From the human T2T-CHM13v2.0 reference genome, Homo sapiens, in assembly GCF_009914755.1 (NCBI RefSeq), contig NC_060926.1: 64,000 bases of DNA; one strand, 5' to 3'. Under the pieces are notes generated by a model. It was given only the letters and a program-made list of their open reading frames with translations. It was not told the origin of the DNA and ran no database searches. Position 1 is the first letter of the stretch. Each line of letters begins with the position of its first letter. Shown here in pieces: positions 57,861 to 64,000 of the stretch. Both the position numbers and the translations under genes were made by a program.

Positions 57861-60791
57861 GCGCCTCTAGCCTGGGAGGTGACTGCTGGAATGATCTACT
57901 CCCACCAGCAGTATCTTGCAGAGTGAATAAGAGGCTTCGGCTAGGAGAACTTCAATCTGCATAGGGAATATTATGGCTGCCGTAGAAGCCACACCAAGCC
58001 CTGTCAGATGAGATCCAGATGGGGTCTCTGCTCAGATATCAAGTGAGAGTTGGCCCTGAGGATTCAGAGCCCGGAAACACACTGCAGAGTGACACAAGAA
58101 TCATAGCACAGATAGGCAGGATCGAATCCAGAAAAATCACCCCAAAGCTAGTTAGCCCCCAGCTCCACAGAACCACCAAGGATCCCACAACTGCAGTCCC
58201 CATTCCACCACTTTGGGGGTCCTCTTTCTAATCTAACTGGGCTCAGCTAATTTTCCAAACCTCCCTGGAAAAGCAGCCAGATAAAATGGCATTCTAAATC
58301 ACAAGTTCCCCAAGCCTTCCAGTACACAGTGAGGAGAGTCCTTAATCAGGACAAGGATGACAACCTTCTAAGCACAGTGTTTACCCCATGCACACATGCA
58401 CAGATGGGCTTGTTCATACATTCATACACTGTCCTGGTCGGGTCCTCTCCAGTGTCTTTTCTCTGCCCCAAACCTTATGGTTTCTCTAGTACAATGAGGA
58501 AAGCCCACAGCAGGTCTACCTCCTTCATCCTAGAAGACCTCACTCAGGGGCATGCTGGCCTGCAAGAATCCATGGACATCAGCAGGTCTGGCCAGACTAG
58601 AAGAAAGGCATCTACTCTCTGGAGTCCTCCATTCCTTCCTGGGTCAGGCTTTGAGTCAGGGTTTTTATGGCCAGGATATCTGTCCAACCATGAAGGACCA
58701 CATCAAGACACGCTCAGAGCCCCGACCCATACCACTCTCCATCAGTCTGGAAAATGTGATCCAGCCAGGACACCCTGGATGCAAAGAAACCTATCCAGAG
58801 ACCAGCAGAGGGACCTAGCCTATGGCCCGAAGCGCTCTGGCTTAAAAGCCAACAGAAGTCCCTCATGGATACTGGAGACCGGCCTGCAAGCACTGGACTT
58901 CTTGCCCACACAACCCTTGGCCCATGTGTTGCATGTTGGCATGACTTACAGCCTCTCCCAAACCAGGCTGGGGACCCCAAGACAGCCTGGGTTTACCTCC
59001 TGAATCCACCTGCGTCCAATCCCATCTTGTTCTTCCTCCTCCTACCTCCCACATTCATCTCCCTCTCATATCCAACCTGAGCATTCCTTTTCTTCTGCCC
59101 TCATCCTCATTTGTCATTTGGGACCCATAAAGTGGAGTCAGTAATAATAATAAGTATAATTGGCTCCTGGAGGAGAGAGGTGAGTGGGCGAAGCAGAGTA
59201 GACCTAGAGGAGGGAGAAGACCTGAAGAGGGAGATGCAGGGGCTCTCATGGAATGGCTCCCTGGTTGTCTTTGTCTGAAACTTAAGAGCCAGGAATCCAT
59301 GTCTGCAAAGAGATGGTGGCCTGTGACATGGAGTCTTCCCAAGCCCTCCTGTAGAAATTGACAGCTCTTAGGGCTGGGAACCCACCATGCCCAGATCCCC
59401 TCCCGATTCCACAGATGCAGATAAAAGAATAGAAGTAACCAGCTCCCAGAGGGGTGGATGCAGATGTGGCCATCAGCACCCCAGATGTGGCTCAGCCATG
59501 GTCGCCGCCAGGGCTGCTGTGACTATGAACAGGAATGTAAACCCAGATGGGGGTGGGGATGGGAGCTGGAGGGGACAGAGCTGTTTCGGGGCTCCAGGAA
59601 GAACACAGCTCTGGGAAAGAGAGGGGTCTTGTGTCTGACTTCATAAAAATGCTCAGCCTGTTCCTGGGGAAAATAGATTGCTGCAAATAGATATTCCACC
59701 CTCATCCACCCGAGCTTCATTACCCCGTTCTAATCTCTCCTCCAACTCCTGCTGCCCATCCTGACCTCAACTTCATTAGGACCCTTCTCCACTGGTGGCC
59801 AAGGCAGCCTCTTTGGCCACTTCCTGCCACGGAAGGGAGGGCAGCAACAACTGCCTCCATCTCTGGAAAATGGAGGGAAATGTCAGTTTCGGCCTGGCAG
59901 GTCAGCCTCTGTCCTAAGCCTCGCTAATACCCAGCATTCCAGGCACCATAAAGATGAAGGGTCCCACAGCCCTGCTCACCAGCTCCTGCACATAAACACC
60001 CCCATTGATAAAGCTCCCTACACCATTGCACACGAGGCCCATTTACTTTCTACTTTGTTTTGAATTTTCATCTCAGGAGAAGCTTGCAAATCGCTAACAG
60101 CAGGAACTTTCCGGAAGTTGTAGAATATAATCAGTGCATTCTCAGATTTGTCACGCTCAGACAGAGCTTCCCCAAGGAGTCACCTATCAGGGAGCAGAGG
60201 AGGCAGGAGGCTGAACGTAGCCAACAGAGCCTGTGATGGGAAGAAGCCAGGGAGCCTGGCCCAGCCCCTGCCTCTGGGTAAGCTTGGCCTGCATCCTGCC
60301 CAGCCCCCATCTGGGTCCTGTTTGTGAAAATGAGGTGAGCAGCCCACACTCTGCTATTTTGGGAGGATTAGCTATCTCAACATAGAACATCTTTCCTGGG
60401 CAGGAAGTTCTTCTTTAAATATAGCCTGAACCCCTCCTATTGCAGAATCAGTCATTTCCTATGGTCAGGCCTCAGGAGAGGGGAGGTGGAAGAAGACAGC
60501 TGTCCCTGTCCTCCGCTAAGGAGCCACAGCCACAGTGCTGAGCTTGCCAAGTCCCCCAACTAACACACTTCTTGTCTGCATGCTACATAGACCTATTCGC
60601 TCGCAGAGTGCAGCTCTCAGATCAACCTGCCTCTGAGTGGACGGCCTAGGACTGGGTTTTTCAGCAAGACCCTGTCTCTTCGTGGGGATCCCTAGAGAAG
60701 GCTTTCTGCAATGACCTCTTTTAGAAAAAGTAATCCTCTTCTTCCAGTCATCTCCAATGAACCAAACAAATACTTGTCTGCTAGGTGCTTC

Positions 60792-61067
60792 ATATATATA
60801 TACAGAGAGAGAGAGAGAAAGAGAGACAGAGACAGAGTCTTATGTTGTCACCCAGGCTAAAGTGCAGTGGCATGATCACTGCTTACTGCAGCCTCCTGAG
60901 TAACTGGAATCACAAGCACATGCCATCAAATCCAGCTTTTTTTTTTTTTTTAAGAGATGAGGTTTCGCCATGTTGCCCAGGCTAGTCTCAAACTCCTGAG
61001 CTCAAGCTATGCTCCCGCTTCAACCTCCCAAAGTGCTGGGATTACAGGCGTGAGCTACTATGCCCAG
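60792..61067 (-). mobile_element. AluJ, internally deleted, with (GA)n-type tail
   Basis: GCATGATCACTGCTTACTGCAGCCTC, CTCCTGAGCTCAAGC. Confidence 0.85.
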
Positions 61068-62495
61068 TCTTTATATACTTTAGCACATTTAATTTCATCT
61101 CTACAACCCTACAAGTGAGAAAATACCACCAACATCTTGAACGTGAGGAAACCACCTGAGAGAGAGTAAAAAATTTACCTGAGGTTACAGAGTTGATAGA
61201 TGACAGGGCCAGGATAGGAACCCAGGTCTGAGCCCTCAACCTACACTTTCTCCTCCCACCTGAGGAGACAGGAGGGCTGGACCTGACATTCGCTGAGTGG
61301 GCAGAGGAAAGAGGAGGCACACATGCAGTCACAGTGCTCAGCTGAGACTCCCCTGGCTGCCTTCCTGACAAGCCAGCATCTGGGTTCACCCCAGCTCTCA
61401 CACCTTCTCACAGCCCAGGGAACAGGATTTCAGCAGCCCAGCAAGGTCAAAGGGCAGCCAGAAACATTGCTTCCTCCTTTATCTTAAGAGAAGAAGGAAT
61501 CGCTTTTAGACTTCCACCTGGAATTATAGATTTAGAAGGATTATTCATGTCAGATGGGTTTAAACAAAGGAAGGCTTCCAGGAAGAGAAGAGACTATGGC
61601 CAGTTTTACAAAGAAGTGAAATTCTCTGTGGCAGAAAGCAGGGAGAAGCAAGCCCCAGAGCAGAGAACGGACCAAATCAAGTCTGGAGAAGCAGGCCACC
61701 CTCGTGGGGAAGGGCTGGGGCGCCAGAAATGGACACGCACACGATGTGGGGCTCAGCGGGCCATCTGCAGTTCTCCCATCCCAGGGCCCAGAATCCGGAT
61801 CCCCTGATCCCCGAGGGGGTCGGCTGCAGCAGCCCTCCTCAGGCAGTCTACTCCACATTCCTCACATTCTTTACGCTCAATTAAGGAGAAATAATCAGGG
61901 GAGCAAGCAGGCCACAGCAGGATGGCCATGCCCCACGCCATTGGGATCACGTGTGCAGAAAAGCCCCGCAGACCCCAGACCAGAGGGGCCTTGGGGGGAA
62001 AAGGGAATCAAGCAGCGAGGACAACGGTGCCCCTCTGCGCTCCACAGAGACAAAGGAGAGCGAAGAAAGGCAGGCAGGGGGGAGATCAGGAAAGAAAAGG
62101 AGAGGAGAAGGCAAGGTCAGAGCAAAGGGAAGATGTGCAGCCCAAAGCCCTCAGCCATCGTTTCCTAATCATGCCATTGCTTCACCGCAATCACCATCCA
62201 TCACCATCATCAAATGCCCTTTGAGACCCAGGGATGCTCAAAATGTTACCCGCCTTCATCAGTTAGTGGCATGTGCTGATTAAGTGTGTCATGGGAATAG
62301 GGCCTCTCTGGGGTCTTCAAAATACACTGTCTTTAGTCTGCAGGGGGATGCCATTCTTGGCCTCAGTGGAACATGCTTATTTCCTCCTCCTGGACCCAGT
62401 GAGTCTGATCAGCCAAGCAAGCTCCTACTCCCTCAAGCCTCTGTCCCTGGGCTGCCTCCCTCCCCATCTCCAGAGCCTTCCAGACTTCCCCAGTG

Positions 62496-62660
62496 CCCAG
62501 CAGACCCAGAGCCTATTTCTGGGTTCCCCCTTCAGTCCCCAGAAGACCCAGAGTCTCTTTCTGGGTTCCCCTTTCAGTCCCCAGCAGACCCAGAGTCTCT
62601 TTCTGGGTTCCCCATTCAGTCTCCAGAAGACCCAGAGTCTCTTTCCAGTTTCCCCCTTCA
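62496..62660. repeat. 42-bp minisatellite x~4
   Basis: Units start at 62496, 62538, 62580 and 62622 (CCCAG(C/A)AGACCCAGAGTCTCTTTCTGGGTTCCCC.TTCAGTC). Confidence 0.95.
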
Positions 62661-62759
62661 TCTGGTACATGTAACCAGCGCAGCTTTTATCATGCTGTTC
62701 TGTAATTGTAGGTGTTTATATCTTTATCCCTACCAGAATGAATAACTAAATGAATGATC

Positions 62760-62990
62760 ATTATTATCTACTGAGCATGTTCTATGTGCCAGGCACTTGT
62801 TAGCCCTTGAGAGATGACCTCATTTAATCCTTTTAACATCCTAGAGGTCATTCATATTATTATACCCAATTTACCCATGAGGAAGTTGAGACTGAGAAAG
62901 ATCAAGTAACTTGTCCACAGTGACCCAGCTAGTAAATCAAAGAAGGGAACCTTGAACACAGGATTGTAAAATGCCAAAGCACATGCTATT
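62760..62990 (-). mobile_element. MIR
   Basis: TACTGAGCATGTTCTATGTGCCAGGCAC...AAGTAACTTGTCCACAGTGACCCAGCTAGTAA. Confidence 0.8.
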
Positions 62991-64000
62991 ATTCTGACAC
63001 TAAGGTACCTGGGGACAGCACCTTAGCCTTGCTTACCACAGCATGGCAAAGAATAGGTGCTCAATATATGGGATGGCTGGCTGGCTGGATAGATGGATGA
63101 TGTGTGCTCTGAAGAGTTTCAGCAGTGGAGCTGAGCCAAAAACTCTTCCCACCTCCTTTATGATCAATGAGTCAAATTTGTGAAAGGATTTGTTAGACCA
63201 AAGACAAATGTTATGCTCTTTGTTGAGTCTCAGATTATGACTACAGGTAGGGCACCATCTGTGTCCACTTAGGTCTCAGGATGTGGTCAGAGATGAGACC
63301 CAATTGATCATCAGGGTGGGAATCAGTCTGGGGCTAGGTTAGAGGATCAGTCTGTAGCTGGTGTAAGTTGGAGGAAGAGAACACATCTCTGCCAAGCTGA
63401 CTTGGAACTGAATAGAGAATGGAAAGTTCTCAAGCCAGAGACCTTTGTTCCTGGACATTGAGGGCGGAGAGATGACATGTGTGAGAGTAACTTGGTGTGG
63501 GTGTGTGGGAGAGTGTGGACCAGAGGACTCCAGGAACGAGAGTGTGGGGACGGACCCACTAAGTGTGCACCATGTGATTTTGAGTGCCACATACATGAGA
63601 GTGCATGGTGTGGCACATGTGTGTGCTGTGTGTGTTGGGATGACAGAGGCTGGGAAGGGTGTGAGAGAGACAAGCACACACCTGTAATAACATTGGCTTC
63701 AGACGCTAGGAGAGAAGGAATTCCCCCAACTGTTTTATCAGAGCCGAAGTTACCAAATTACGTTGTTGTTTTAAATTTGAGCTTCTCTGCCTGCAAATGG
63801 GGGGCTCTCAGGTTCACGAGCTTAATGCTTGGCTGGGTCTGGAGCTCCACTTCCCAATCCAATCGGGGCTCCCAGAGCTCCCAGGCCCAAGAAACAAAAG
63901 TCTTCTCTCTCAGGGCTTTGAAGTGGAAACACTAACTGCTCCCTTTAATTAGAAAGAAACCCCCTATTGTTCCCGCTTTATTACTGATGGATGAAGACAT

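Noticed and set aside
58329-59003. 224-aa ORF in unique sequence
   Set aside because: GTG start, no recognisable domain, and no supportable splice or promoter context; compatible with chance.
62284-62745. ORFs with 14-aa repeats; superficially CRISPR-like palindromic repeats
   Set aside because: Head-to-tail 42-bp VNTR with no unique spacers and no cas genes, in primate DNA.

Overview
Primate (hominid) nuclear DNA, apparently intergenic or deep intronic. The two SVA_D-like elements point to an African great ape such as human. I recognise no protein-coding exon, tRNA, rRNA or CRISPR array; the ORF track is explained by Alu/SVA/L1/LTR sequence, low-complexity DNA and chance. Much of the window is interspersed repeats: about 24 Alus, 2 SVAs, L1/L2/CR1 fragments, MIRs, THE1/MLT/ERV1 solo LTRs and hAT/mariner DNA transposons. 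Most notable: (1) an apparently very old minus-strand LINE fossil (APE endonuclease plus RT motifs in colinear order; L4/RTE-X-like) stretched over ~10 kb by nested insertions; (2) two SVAs sharing the same sequence variants, lying convergently ~17.5 kb apart around a repeat-poor, motif-rich block, one with a 3' transduction and an untemplated 5' G; (3) several candidate enhancers, including a tight MEIS/PBX-HOX cluster; (4) footprints of DNA repair or slippage (an internal Alu fragment without tail or TSD, a perfect 99-bp duplication, a 63-bp intra-Alu duplication, a hairpin-bearing 42-bp VNTR). I cannot support a wholly new biological system. Repeat subfamily names are by-eye matches to remembered consensus sequences, and old-repeat boundaries are approximate.
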